Below are positions 18,481 to 26,530 of a DNA stretch of 64,000 bases, piece by piece. Under the pieces are notes generated by a model. It ran no database searches and was not told where the DNA came from. It saw nothing but the letters and a program-made list of their open reading frames with translations. The translations under genes were made by a program, and so were the position numbers. Source of the DNA: a virus; IMG/VR virus record IMGVR_UViG_3300042878_001497, positions 96,001-160,000 of that record; one strand, written 5' to 3'. Position 1 is the stretch's first letter. Every line of letters starts with the position of its first letter.

Positions 18481-18813
18481 ATGAAAAAAGAAAAGTTAAT
18501 ATTGAATGAGGAGATGGTTGGTACTTATATCAACCGGGTGCTATGGTCGGATATTATGCCCTTAGGTAGGATAGTATCTATCAAGAGTAAGACCAAGGTA
18601 CTAGTCCAGAGAGTGAAAGCAGGAGAGAATAAGGTCAAGATGGAGTTTGTGCCCGGAGGCTTTGCAGGTCATTGTGTCAACAACTACCAGCAGGACTATG
18701 ACTTCTACGATGAAGGGCAGCCCTTTGAGCTTTCTCTCAGTAGGAGCTCTATGAAGAGAAGCTTCTTGCAGTTTGCTAACTGCCCGATGAAGCATCACGA
18801 TTATAACTTCTAG
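18481..18813 (+). CDS. early hypothetical protein
   Basis: Start reassigned to ACGGTTATG at 18481. Confidence 0.8.
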   Translation: MKKEKLILNEEMVGTYINRVLWSDIMPLGRIVSIKSKTKVLVQRVKAGENKVKMEFVPGGFAGHCVNNYQQDYDFYDEGQPFELSLSRSSMKRSFLQFANCPMKHHDYNF

Positions 18814-18889
18814 GAAAAAAGTTTTGGGAGGGGGTTGGTTTATCCAACCTTCCTTCGTATATTTAGGTACAAACAAAAAAATAAAGGTT

Positions 18890-19042
18890 ATGAATGAAAA
18901 CATTAAAGAATTGGTGGTTGAATTTGCAGAAGCATTAGACGAATCAGTTGTAATAGCATTATTTGATGAGCTAAAAGCTGAGGATAAGCCTTTTGCAAAA
19001 GAGGCACTACTTCGGTATTTGTCAAAATATTTACCAATTTAG
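18890..19042 (+). CDS. small early protein (50 aa)
   Basis: Start reassigned to GGTTATG at 18890 (MNENIKELVVEF...). Confidence 0.75.
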   Translation: MNENIKELVVEFAEALDESVVIALFDELKAEDKPFAKEALLRYLSKYLPI

Positions 19043-19133
19043 GTAAGATAATTTCAAAAAAGTTTAGGAGGGGGTTGGTTTTACCGACCCTCTTTCTTAT
19101 CTTTAGGTATTAATAACAACAAACACAACAGTT

Positions 19134-19376
19134 ATGGAATTGAAATTGAAAGAAAGAGTTTTCGGATTTACTTGGAACTTCGAAACTGGTGAAGTAGGAG
19201 AAGTGTTTACTGAAGAGCTTACTTCAAAAGAGGTCCAGTTGATAGGTCGTGTCATGGGAGATGATGTATCATTGATTATATATAACTCAGATATCAGTTT
19301 AGTATTTGGTGATGATATCGAAAACCAAGATGAATTAGAGGAGATGGGATTAGCTGAAGTAATGGAATTTCTTTAG
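19134..19376 (+). CDS. small acidic early protein
   Basis: Own promoter; Glu/Asp-rich. Confidence 0.8.
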   Translation: MELKLKERVFGFTWNFETGEVGEVFTEELTSKEVQLIGRVMGDDVSLIIYNSDISLVFGDDIENQDELEEMGLAEVMEFL

Positions 19377-19437
19377 GAGGGGGTTGGTTTATCCAACCCT
19401 TCTTCGTATCTTTAGTAAACAAATAAAAAAAACGGTT

Positions 19438-19638
19438 ATGGAATTAGTAGAAGTAAAAAATCAGACTATCAATTATACTATCAAATTCGGTGGTAATATT
19501 TACAACCTCTTCTATTATGAAGATTTGATGTCTTATTCAGAGGAATTGACTGAAGTTTCAACTGGTTTGCCAGTCACAGATGATGATGAGTATGAAGCAG
19601 TGATGGAATTTTTTGCTGACAATCAGCCAAAGCTTTAA
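19438..19638 (+). CDS. small acidic early protein (66 aa)
   Basis: Start reassigned to ACGGTTATG at 19438. Confidence 0.75.
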   Translation: MELVEVKNQTINYTIKFGGNIYNLFYYEDLMSYSEELTEVSTGLPVTDDDEYEAVMEFFADNQPKL

Positions 19639-19700
19639 AAAAATAGTTGCTCAATTGAAATTTCGTTCTTATCTTTAGGTAAATAAAAACAACAACGGTT

Positions 19701-19811
19701 ATGGATGTACGTGATGTACTTGCTCAAAAGGAATTTGGAATGGATTATAATCAATTAGGTCCAAATGAGAAGGAGTGGGTGAATGATGAACTTGATAATT
19801 CCCTTAACTAA
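19701..19811 (+). CDS. 36 aa early peptide (not in ORF track)
   Basis: MDVRDVLAQKEFGMDYNQLGPNEKEWVNDELDNSLN, located exactly between two promoter units. Confidence 0.75.
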   Translation: MDVRDVLAQKEFGMDYNQLGPNEKEWVNDELDNSLN

Positions 19812-19869
19812 TAGTTGGTTGGTATTAGTCTAGTTACTATCTTTAGGTAAATAAAAACAACAAATGGTT

Positions 19870-20109
19870 ATGGGTTATCCTAGAAATTCAGTTAATCAAG
19901 TAGTAGAATATTTGAAAAAGCATAATTTTCAAACAGAATCTGAAATTCAAGAAAATGTTTGGGGTTATTTTAGAAATGAAACTAGGTTAGCAAATAAGAA
20001 ATTTGCTGACTTATTAAGAAGGGGTTTACGTAAAGGTTTATATTATAGAGTTAAACATAAAAAAAATAAAAGTCAATATGTTTATTTTATAGTTCCAGAA
20101 AATACCTAA
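19870..20109 (+). CDS. small basic early protein (possible winged helix)
   Basis: GGTTATG start at 19870; basic C-terminus. Confidence 0.7.
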   Translation: MGYPRNSVNQVVEYLKKHNFQTESEIQENVWGYFRNETRLANKKFADLLRRGLRKGLYYRVKHKKNKSQYVYFIVPENT

Positions 20110-20178
20110 TTATAAAGGGTCTAGTTTAACCCAGATCTTGTTCGTATATTTAGGTATAATAAGAAATAAATAAAGGTT

Positions 20179-20304
20179 ATGAAAAAGAATGATTTGATTG
20201 TAGTAATGCAGATAGCTATTTCGCTTTTAGATAAAGGTGAAGCAAATAAAGCTAATGGAGTTTTGAAAATAGCTCTAACGGAGGAATTTAGTTCTGGAAA
20301 ATAG
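20179..20304 (+). CDS. 41 aa early peptide (not in ORF track)
   Basis: MKKNDLIVVMQIAISLLDKGEANKANGVLKIALTEEFSSGK; TAG overlaps the next GTTG. Confidence 0.7.
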   Translation: MKKNDLIVVMQIAISLLDKGEANKANGVLKIALTEEFSSGK

Positions 20305-20358
20305 TTGGTTGGTATTAGTCTAGTTACTATCTTTAGATAAATAAAAACAACAACGGTT

Positions 20359-20835
20359 ATGAAAGTAAAAGAATTGAATGAAGGAATTTACAAGAAATTG
20401 GTTAATCTAGACTACAGCCGCAAAGAAAATTATTTGTATAAAACAAATGAAACTGAGTGGTGTGAGTTGGATGGTGAAATAAAAGATACAATTTTATCTT
20501 TTCCTATTCTCCAAATAGATTGGTATGCAGATCTAATGGATATTGAAGTCCTAGATGGTGACCAACAGTTTTACTTATTTGAAAGTGAAGGTAGAACGTT
20601 TCTAGTAGATACACAGGGTTATAATTACCCACGCTATATCATTGAGTTAAAAGGGTTCAATGGTGTAGATGACACATATGAACGAATGGATGGATTGGTT
20701 CGAATTGCTGATGTTGCGATTTTGAAATCTGTGGTTAAGAGTTTGGCTTTTGATTTGCAGGAAGAAGGATTTGATAGAGCAGATATCATCAACTTCATCG
20801 ATGCTCAAATCTACGGAGCACTTTTAGAAAAATAG
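20359..20835 (+). CDS. early hypothetical protein
   Basis: Own promoter; 158 aa; contains VDTQGYNYPRY. Confidence 0.8.
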   Translation: MKVKELNEGIYKKLVNLDYSRKENYLYKTNETEWCELDGEIKDTILSFPILQIDWYADLMDIEVLDGDQQFYLFESEGRTFLVDTQGYNYPRYIIELKGFNGVDDTYERMDGLVRIADVAILKSVVKSLAFDLQEEGFDRADIINFIDAQIYGALLEK

Positions 20836-20892
20836 TTGCCTCCTAAGAGTATAGTTCGTATCTTTAGGTATAATTAAAAACAAACAACGGTT

Positions 20893-21645
20893 ATGATGAA
20901 TGAAATTCAAGATCCCAATCAGCTTACTCTCGGTATTGAAAGCCAAGTATTGACTGTCGATCAGATAGAGCGAGTGGAAGCATTTAAAGAGCGATTGGAT
21001 AAGAGTAATAAGAATCTGAAAGCTTCTTTGCTCCGTAAGCAAGCTCTACTGTTAGAAAATGGCTTTGTCGAAGGTAAGGATTTTAGCTTCTCTATGGAGG
21101 AGGTAAATGAAAACGTAGATGTTAATGCTAATGGCTGGAATGATGCTGAATTAATCGTTACTGTGGATATTCTGCACGTCAAGGGGCAGTGTGCATTACT
21201 CTACGATCGATATGAAGTTACTTCTGATACGATTGTTCAGTCGACGGCTGGCTTTAGTATCGAGCAAAATAAAGTAGAGTGTTATACTATCAATAATAAT
21301 GGCCGGTGGGTTACCTTCCGTACGCTAAAAGAGAAGTTGGCTGATAAGAATTCTGCTGCTGAATGGGAGATGATATCTACTCGTAATAGGAAGTCAGTAC
21401 TCAGCTATACTGCTGAGAAGTATCAGAAGCTTGCTCCTGGGGCTGAAGTGGTGGTGGGTCGTGATGGTACGTCTAGAGGCCGTGATTACTACTCCTTCGA
21501 TACTGTGACTGTAAAGTTTGAGAATGGTAATCTGTTAGTTGTTAAGCCCGGATTTAAGAATGATGAGGAGTCAGTTTATCGCTTTATCGATGTAACGACT
21601 ACTGGTAAGAGTGCTGAAGAATTGGCTCAGTACCTCGGTCAATGA
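20893..21645 (+). CDS. early hypothetical protein
   Basis: Own promoter; 250 aa. Confidence 0.8.
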   Translation: MMNEIQDPNQLTLGIESQVLTVDQIERVEAFKERLDKSNKNLKASLLRKQALLLENGFVEGKDFSFSMEEVNENVDVNANGWNDAELIVTVDILHVKGQCALLYDRYEVTSDTIVQSTAGFSIEQNKVECYTINNNGRWVTFRTLKEKLADKNSAAEWEMISTRNRKSVLSYTAEKYQKLAPGAEVVVGRDGTSRGRDYYSFDTVTVKFENGNLLVVKPGFKNDEESVYRFIDVTTTGKSAEELAQYLGQ

Positions 21646-21809
21646 GGAGTAAGCTGATCAGAGTCTCTGAAGAGATTGCTAAGACGCTACGGAGGTGGGA
21701 TCCTAGTTCGCTAGGGTCCTACTCCATCGAGAGGAAGAAAGGTCCTAGGTACTTCACTGCAGTACAGGATTCGGACGGATGGGATATTATAACCTATTAC
21801 GTCGACTAA
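21642..21809 (+). CDS. 55 aa hypothetical protein (not in ORF track)
   Basis: MRSKLIRVSEEIAKTLRRWDP...IITYYVD; ATGA overlap. Confidence 0.55.
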   Translation: MRSKLIRVSEEIAKTLRRWDPSSLGSYSIERKKGPRYFTAVQDSDGWDIITYYVD

Positions 21810-21956
21810 GATATTTAGCCTCCTGGTTGGGCGCATATACACCAGGGTTGTTGTTTGTCTGGGTTGGGATCCTTCGGGATCTCTTCCTGGTTACAATAGT
21901 TGCCTTTAGAGAGTTTAGTTCGTATATTTAGGTATAATTAAAAACAAATAAAGGTT

Positions 21957-22139
21957 ATGTCAAACATCAAAGAAGAAGCGCTAATGGAAGTCGCTTATGC
22001 TTACGCTCATGCAGTAGGCATCCTCTCAGGCACTATGAATGTCCTGATCGATCATGTAGCTTCTTACACTGAAGAAGAGAAGATCGAGATGATGAAGAAA
22101 GCTTTGAAAGAGGCTGATGAAGCAATCGCTAATGCCTAA
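21957..22139 (+). CDS. small helical early protein
   Basis: Own promoter; 60 aa. Confidence 0.75.
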   Translation: MSNIKEEALMEVAYAYAHAVGILSGTMNVLIDHVASYTEEEKIEMMKKALKEADEAIANA

Positions 22140-22200
22140 ATAAGAGTTGGCCCTTCGGGGCCTTCTTCTTATCTTTAGTTAAATAAAAACAACAACGGTT

Positions 22201-22467
22201 ATGGTAAAAGAAATCACCTCAATGATGTCAGCACTCAAAGCAAAGGGTGTGAAGGTATGCGGCACAGCTTCAGAGTTCTACAGTGCTAAGACTCACATCG
22301 ACGGTATCTGGGTAGCAGCTGAGTACACCCCGGACCTATTCAACTACTGGTCTGAGGCTTGGGCTGATACGTTCGGTGTTAAGCCTTCACTCAACAAGCT
22401 GGTTGAGGAGTCGGGCTGGTACTTTGAGTGGCATGACGCCGGTACGATGATGGTGTGGAAGCAGTAA
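22201..22467 (+). CDS. early hypothetical protein
   Basis: Own promoter; contains GWYFEWHDAGT. Confidence 0.8.
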   Translation: MVKEITSMMSALKAKGVKVCGTASEFYSAKTHIDGIWVAAEYTPDLFNYWSEAWADTFGVKPSLNKLVEESGWYFEWHDAGTMMVWKQ

Positions 22468-22537
22468 CATAGAGTTGTCACCTGAGAGTATCCTTCATAT
22501 CTTTAGTAAACAGAATAACAACTAACAACAGCAAGAC

Positions 22538-22765
22538 ATGAACAAGAAAAAGTATCCTAAAGCCCAGCTTGACGCAGTCCTAGAAGGTGTATTGGTAGAA
22601 TCACTACAGCTCTGGCAGAATGCATTCATCCAGGAGTTAGACAAGATGAAGGCCGATGGTAAGATCCCGATGTTCCATCCTAACTGGACCGCTCAAATGC
22701 TGAGAGAGTTCGGACATCGGTTCAGGGTGCAGGAGCTAATCGATACCCCGGCAGTACAGGATTAA
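22538..22765 (+). CDS. early hypothetical protein
   Basis: Own promoter; 75 aa. Confidence 0.75.
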   Translation: MNKKKYPKAQLDAVLEGVLVESLQLWQNAFIQELDKMKADGKIPMFHPNWTAQMLREFGHRFRVQELIDTPAVQD

Positions 22766-22796
22766 GAGAGAGGGCCCTTAGGGGCTCTTTTTTTTT
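22766..22796 (+). terminator. intrinsic terminator closing the early array
   Basis: AGAGGGCCC-loop-GGGCTCTTT stem running into a T9 tract. Confidence 0.85.
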
Positions 22797-22993
22797 GACT
22801 GATGTCGTCAGGAGGTCAAGGTGAGAGCGGGGTGACGGCAAGGTGCTATAAACCTGCTAGTATATTTCACTATACGGTTTTCTCGACGGTTAGCTAGAGG
22901 TAACCCTAGTAATGCATCGCTGATCAAATTTTAAGGTATACTAATATATATTTATATATAGAAAGCAAGGGTACAAGCGCTTCAACGGGTTAA

Positions 22994-23272
22994 TTAATTA
23001 GATTTAGTTGAAGCTAGATCCTTCAACTCCTTTTTTGTTCTCTCTTCACATTTATCCACCCTACTGTCGATATGACGGTAGACTGCCTCCAGGTCCCGCC
23101 TTATGGCATTGTCCTGTTCGTTACTAAATTCGTATAACCTTTGTTCAGCTTTCTCAAAATCAGCTACTGCTTTGATAAGACTCTTAATTGTCACATAGTT
23201 CATAAACGTAACCGCAACTACTACCGAAGTAATAACAGCACCTACACCTAAAAGAAATGATATTGTTTCCAT
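22994..23272 (-). CDS. membrane-anchored coiled-coil protein; only credible minus-strand gene
   Basis: N-terminal hydrophobic helix FLLGVGAVITSVVVAVTF; own minus-strand promoter. Confidence 0.75.
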   Translation of the reverse strand: METISFLLGVGAVITSVVVAVTFMNYVTIKSLIKAVADFEKAEQRLYEFSNEQDNAIRRDLEAVYRHIDSRVDKCEERTKKELKDLASTKSN

Positions 23273-23320
23273 ATTATATATTTTATATATGTCAAAGCAC
23301 TTGTAGCACCCTTACTACGG

Positions 23321-23453
23321 TTTTAATATAAGAACTTTTGGTAGAAAAACCAACTATGTCCGGGGAAATTTTCCGGAAAAATTTTTATATATGTAGTTGT
23401 CTATATAATTATATCTTTATATATTTAATAATATAGGAGGAATCCTATTTATA
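23321..23453. promoter_or_regulatory. divergent promoters around a palindrome
   Basis: Minus-strand GTTG-N20-TATATTAAA (23354-23322), TTTTCCGGAAAA palindrome (23369-23380), plus-strand GTTG-N20-TATATTTAA (23396) and TATTTATA (23446). Confidence 0.7.
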
Positions 23454-23462
23454 TAAAAAACT

Positions 23463-23846
23463 ATGAAGCTTATCTCTGCTCTTCTTTCGGAATCTAAAAG
23501 CGGTATCTTTGACGGTAAAACTTACCTTGATGATGCTACTTCGGCTATGGAGTTTGAGAAAGGGTACGAGGCCTTAGCTAGATTTGTTCATCCTAGACTA
23601 GTTATCAAAAAAGGCCACGATCCCGATCTAAAAATGGATTTAACCATAGCTTATGAAGAGCCTTCGGATTTACACTTTAGGTATATCGAGACTACGGGAG
23701 AATTTTTCTACGATGAAAAAATCTTCAAAGCAATCCTTCAGACCCCGGCCGTAAGAGAGAAACTAGGTAAGCTTTGGAATATCTCCCCGGACCCGGTAGA
23801 GGTATTTCGCCGCTACGGTGCTGTTACAACTAAACTATCAGCGTGA
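23463..23846 (+). CDS. hypothetical protein with MKLxxLLxE leader
   Basis: Begins MKLISALLSES; late motif upstream. Confidence 0.75.
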   Translation: MKLISALLSESKSGIFDGKTYLDDATSAMEFEKGYEALARFVHPRLVIKKGHDPDLKMDLTIAYEEPSDLHFRYIETTGEFFYDEKIFKAILQTPAVREKLGKLWNISPDPVEVFRRYGAVTTKLSA

Positions 23847-24271
23847 AAGCTCTACCACCTGCCTTTCTATCGATCTTCGATTACGATGATCAGGATGACC
23901 TTAGTAAGGAGGGGTTTACTAAGGCGGTGATCGATTACACCCAGCATCCGTACATCATTTTCGGTACCGTGATCAAATGCGTTGAGAACTTCTTTATCAT
24001 TAATGAGATGTACCGTAAAAAATACGGAGAGAGATATCAATCAATTGAGCAGACCGTGCGAAAGACTTACTTTGATAGAGTATTCACTTACCTAGAAAGA
24101 TTCGATGAGAGTAGATATGAGCATATAGTAGAGGCTAGAAAATTTACTCCTCAGGAAATTGCCTTTGCTATGGAGGAGTTAAGAGATCACTATGAGGGTA
24201 TTGAAGAGTATGAAAGATGTGCACGAATCCAAAAGATTTATAATATTTTAGCAGTAGAAGTTGCTTCTTAA
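23843..24271 (+). CDS. hypothetical protein with C-terminal UVR-like motif
   Basis: YEGIEEYERCARIQKI; GTG start. Confidence 0.65.
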   Translation: MKALPPAFLSIFDYDDQDDLSKEGFTKAVIDYTQHPYIIFGTVIKCVENFFIINEMYRKKYGERYQSIEQTVRKTYFDRVFTYLERFDESRYEHIVEARKFTPQEIAFAMEELRDHYEGIEEYERCARIQKIYNILAVEVAS

Positions 24272-24314
24272 GCATTTACTTACTATCTTTAAGTATCAAT
24301 AAAAAATAAAGGTT

Positions 24315-24518
24315 ATGCTTAGTACGATCATTTACTACATCATTGTAGGAGTTACTTTTAACTTCCTATGGGATTTTGTTGTCTCAAAGACTCGAAAAGA
24401 GGAAAACCGTTTCACTATGTTAGAGCGTATTATCGTGACTATTATCTGGCCGATAACTATACTCTTCTTTATCTTTATTTTAGCTAGGAATCTATTTTTC
24501 GGTAACGATCAAGAGTAA
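24315..24518 (+). CDS. small two-helix membrane protein
   Basis: Two hydrophobic segments; early promoter GTTG(24260)-N20-TATCTTTAAG and GGTTATG start. Confidence 0.75.
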   Translation: MLSTIIYYIIVGVTFNFLWDFVVSKTRKEENRFTMLERIIVTIIWPITILFFIFILARNLFFGNDQE

Positions 24519-24521
24519 GTT

Positions 24522-25151
24522 ATGTCTTTAAAGAAACTATCCTTCGAAGAGGCTTTAGAACTTGAATCTGAGTCTCTCATTACCATCTACGATTTCTACC
24601 CAGATACCTCTGAGCTAGACTATCACCCCAAGGCTAAGGAATGGTTTCAGAACTACGCCGATATGCGCTTTAAGTTTCGTCAGCATAATCCTGCCGATGT
24701 CTCTAATATGCTTAACTGTGACTACCGTATTGAGGTCCCTATGGCTTATGAGCCTGAAACCAATACCCATTCCTGGAAGTACTTATTTGCTAAGCTGACT
24801 CAAGATCTTAATAAGTTCAAGCAGTATCATTCTAGAGGAAGTTATATCTACATCCTCACCAACGAGGCTTACCCGGGATTTGTCAAGATTGGTAAAGCGG
24901 TTAATCCCTTGCGGAGAGTTGAACAGATTAACGGTGCTGGTGTTGTTTCGGAATGGAAGCTTCGGTATTCACTCCCGGTAGAGAATGATTATCTGTTAGA
25001 GCATTCCGTTCACGAGTATTTAGTTAACCACCGCCGGACTACCGATCAAGGATCTTCCCGTGAATTCTTTGAGGTTACGCTAGACCGTGCTATTGAAGTT
25101 ATTGAACTGTTAGGTGCACAAATGAAGATCGGAGATGCTTTCTATTACTAG
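24522..25151 (+). CDS. T5orf172/MUG113 (GIY-YIG-like) domain protein
   Basis: YIYILTNEAYPGFVKIGKAVNPLRRVEQIN...LEHSVHEYL...REFF. Confidence 0.8.
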   Translation: MSLKKLSFEEALELESESLITIYDFYPDTSELDYHPKAKEWFQNYADMRFKFRQHNPADVSNMLNCDYRIEVPMAYEPETNTHSWKYLFAKLTQDLNKFKQYHSRGSYIYILTNEAYPGFVKIGKAVNPLRRVEQINGAGVVSEWKLRYSLPVENDYLLEHSVHEYLVNHRRTTDQGSSREFFEVTLDRAIEVIELLGAQMKIGDAFYY

Positions 25152-25208
25152 ATTTGCGGGGCGGCTTCGTGCGCGGCGCGGCGCGTGTGAAAACTTTTTT
25201 ATAAAACA

Positions 25209-25240
25209 GTTGTTTCGCATTGATTTATTTCGTATATTTG
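25209..25240 (+). promoter_or_regulatory. host-type promoter GTTG-N20-TATATTTG
   Basis: Perfect TAnnTTTG -7 element of the Bacteroidota consensus. Confidence 0.75.
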
Positions 25241-25332
25241 AAACGAAGGGGAGGAAAAAAAGGGGAGAGTAAAAATATTATATAGATAATATTAGTATAT
25301 TATATATAAAGATTAATAATTATTAAGTACTT

Positions 25333-25515
25333 ATGAAAAACAAAAATTTATATCAAGAAAAAATTAATCGTCTTGAATCACAAATCAAGAAGATTGAACA
25401 CAGTGTTGCAACTCTAAATAGAGATCAAGCTTATGTAGAGTTAGATAAAGCTCGAGAGATCCTTCGAGATATGCAAACTATGATTAACCGAGAAGAGGAA
25501 TACTTTAAAGCTTAA
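25333..25515 (+). CDS. small coiled-coil protein
   Basis: 60 aa ORF. Confidence 0.65.
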   Translation: MKNKNLYQEKINRLESQIKKIEHSVATLNRDQAYVELDKAREILRDMQTMINREEEYFKA

Positions 25516-25517
25516 CT

Positions 25518-26255
25518 ATGCAGCTCACACCCGAACAAGTAGAAGCTAATTGGAATCGTCATCTTCAATACGTTGAAGATTATATTACCGGAGAACGTAA
25601 GGAAAAGCTTAAAGCTACTTACGAATCTCTTGCTGAACACATGGTTCTTGCTCCTGCCTCCTCAAAAACATGGTACCACAATGCATTTCCGGGAGGATAT
25701 GTAGAGCATGTTAATAGAGTAGTAGAGCTTGCACTCCGTACTATGAAATTCTGGGCAGTATCCGGTGCAAATATTGATTTTACCGAGGAAGAACTTGTTT
25801 TTGCTGCTTTAAACCATGATCTAGGTAAGATCGGTGACGGAGAACAGGACGGTTACCTACCTCAAACCGATAATTGGAGGAGAGACAAGCTAAAAGAGGA
25901 GTATTCTATTAATACTTCCCTAGATTTTATGCTTATTCAAGATAGATCCCTTTATCTCCTTCAGAAATACGGTATTTCCATGTCTCAGAAAGAGTATTTA
26001 GGTATCAGACTCCATGATGGCATCTTCGATGATGCAAATAAGGCGTATTTCTTCAATCATAACCCAGATTCTAGGTTCAAAACCAATATAGTCTTTGTCC
26101 TACACCAGGCTGACTTCATGGCTTCTAAGATTGAGTATGATCGCTGGTTAGGAAACGGAGGTAAAAGCACTCCAAACGTAAGTAAAACAGGTACCTCTAC
26201 CGGTAAAACTGTTAAATCTTCAGAAAATTTAAGTAATTTATTAAAAAACATCTAA
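25518..26255 (+). CDS. HD-domain phosphohydrolase (YhaM-like HD domain)
   Basis: PAS..YHNAFPGGYVEH, LNHDLGKIG, LHDG, LHQAD. Confidence 0.88.
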   Translation: MQLTPEQVEANWNRHLQYVEDYITGERKEKLKATYESLAEHMVLAPASSKTWYHNAFPGGYVEHVNRVVELALRTMKFWAVSGANIDFTEEELVFAALNHDLGKIGDGEQDGYLPQTDNWRRDKLKEEYSINTSLDFMLIQDRSLYLLQKYGISMSQKEYLGIRLHDGIFDDANKAYFFNHNPDSRFKTNIVFVLHQADFMASKIEYDRWLGNGGKSTPNVSKTGTSTGKTVKSSENLSNLLKNI

Positions 26256-26257
26256 AA

Positions 26258-26527
26258 ATGTTGGTTCTATCCATTTTTCTAGCTATATTAGCATCAGTCC
26301 TCGGGTTTTCTACATGGAATCTCCTAAGAAAACTAGAGAAGTTAGAGGACACCGTTCAAGATCAACAAAGATACGTTGAGAATATCTCCAATATTATTGA
26401 GGATTCAAACAAAAGGTTACGTGAAATCGACGACAAAGGGCACTTCAGTGCAGATGATGAAGTCGGTTTCTTCTTTGAAAACCTAAAAGAAATACAGAGT
26501 GCTCTCGATGGTTACAGACTAAGATAA
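26258..26527 (+). CDS. membrane-anchored hypothetical protein
   Basis: N-terminal transmembrane helix followed by coiled coil. Confidence 0.7.
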   Translation: MLVLSIFLAILASVLGFSTWNLLRKLEKLEDTVQDQQRYVENISNIIEDSNKRLREIDDKGHFSADDEVGFFFENLKEIQSALDGYRLR

Positions 26528-26530
26528 CCT

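Larger units (their letters stand above)
18124..22506 (+). repeat. 13 repeated early promoter/leader units (GTTG-N20-TAYMTTTAG, A-rich leader, usually GTTATG)
   Basis: GTTG at 18124, 18426, 18834, 19074, 19383, 19646, 19814, 20304, 20835, 21899, 22146 and 22474, plus a variant at 20121 (CTAG). All have a 20-nt spacer. Confidence 0.9.

Noticed and set aside
18124-22506. CRISPR array or integron attC cassettes
   Set aside because: The repeats are promoter-shaped, the intervening sequences are ORFs of variable length, and there is no integrase or attC structure.
16314-25200. tRNA genes in the GC-rich intergenic patches
   Set aside because: No cloverleaf or T-loop GTTCRA with a matching acceptor stem was found by eye; tRNAscan-SE would confirm.
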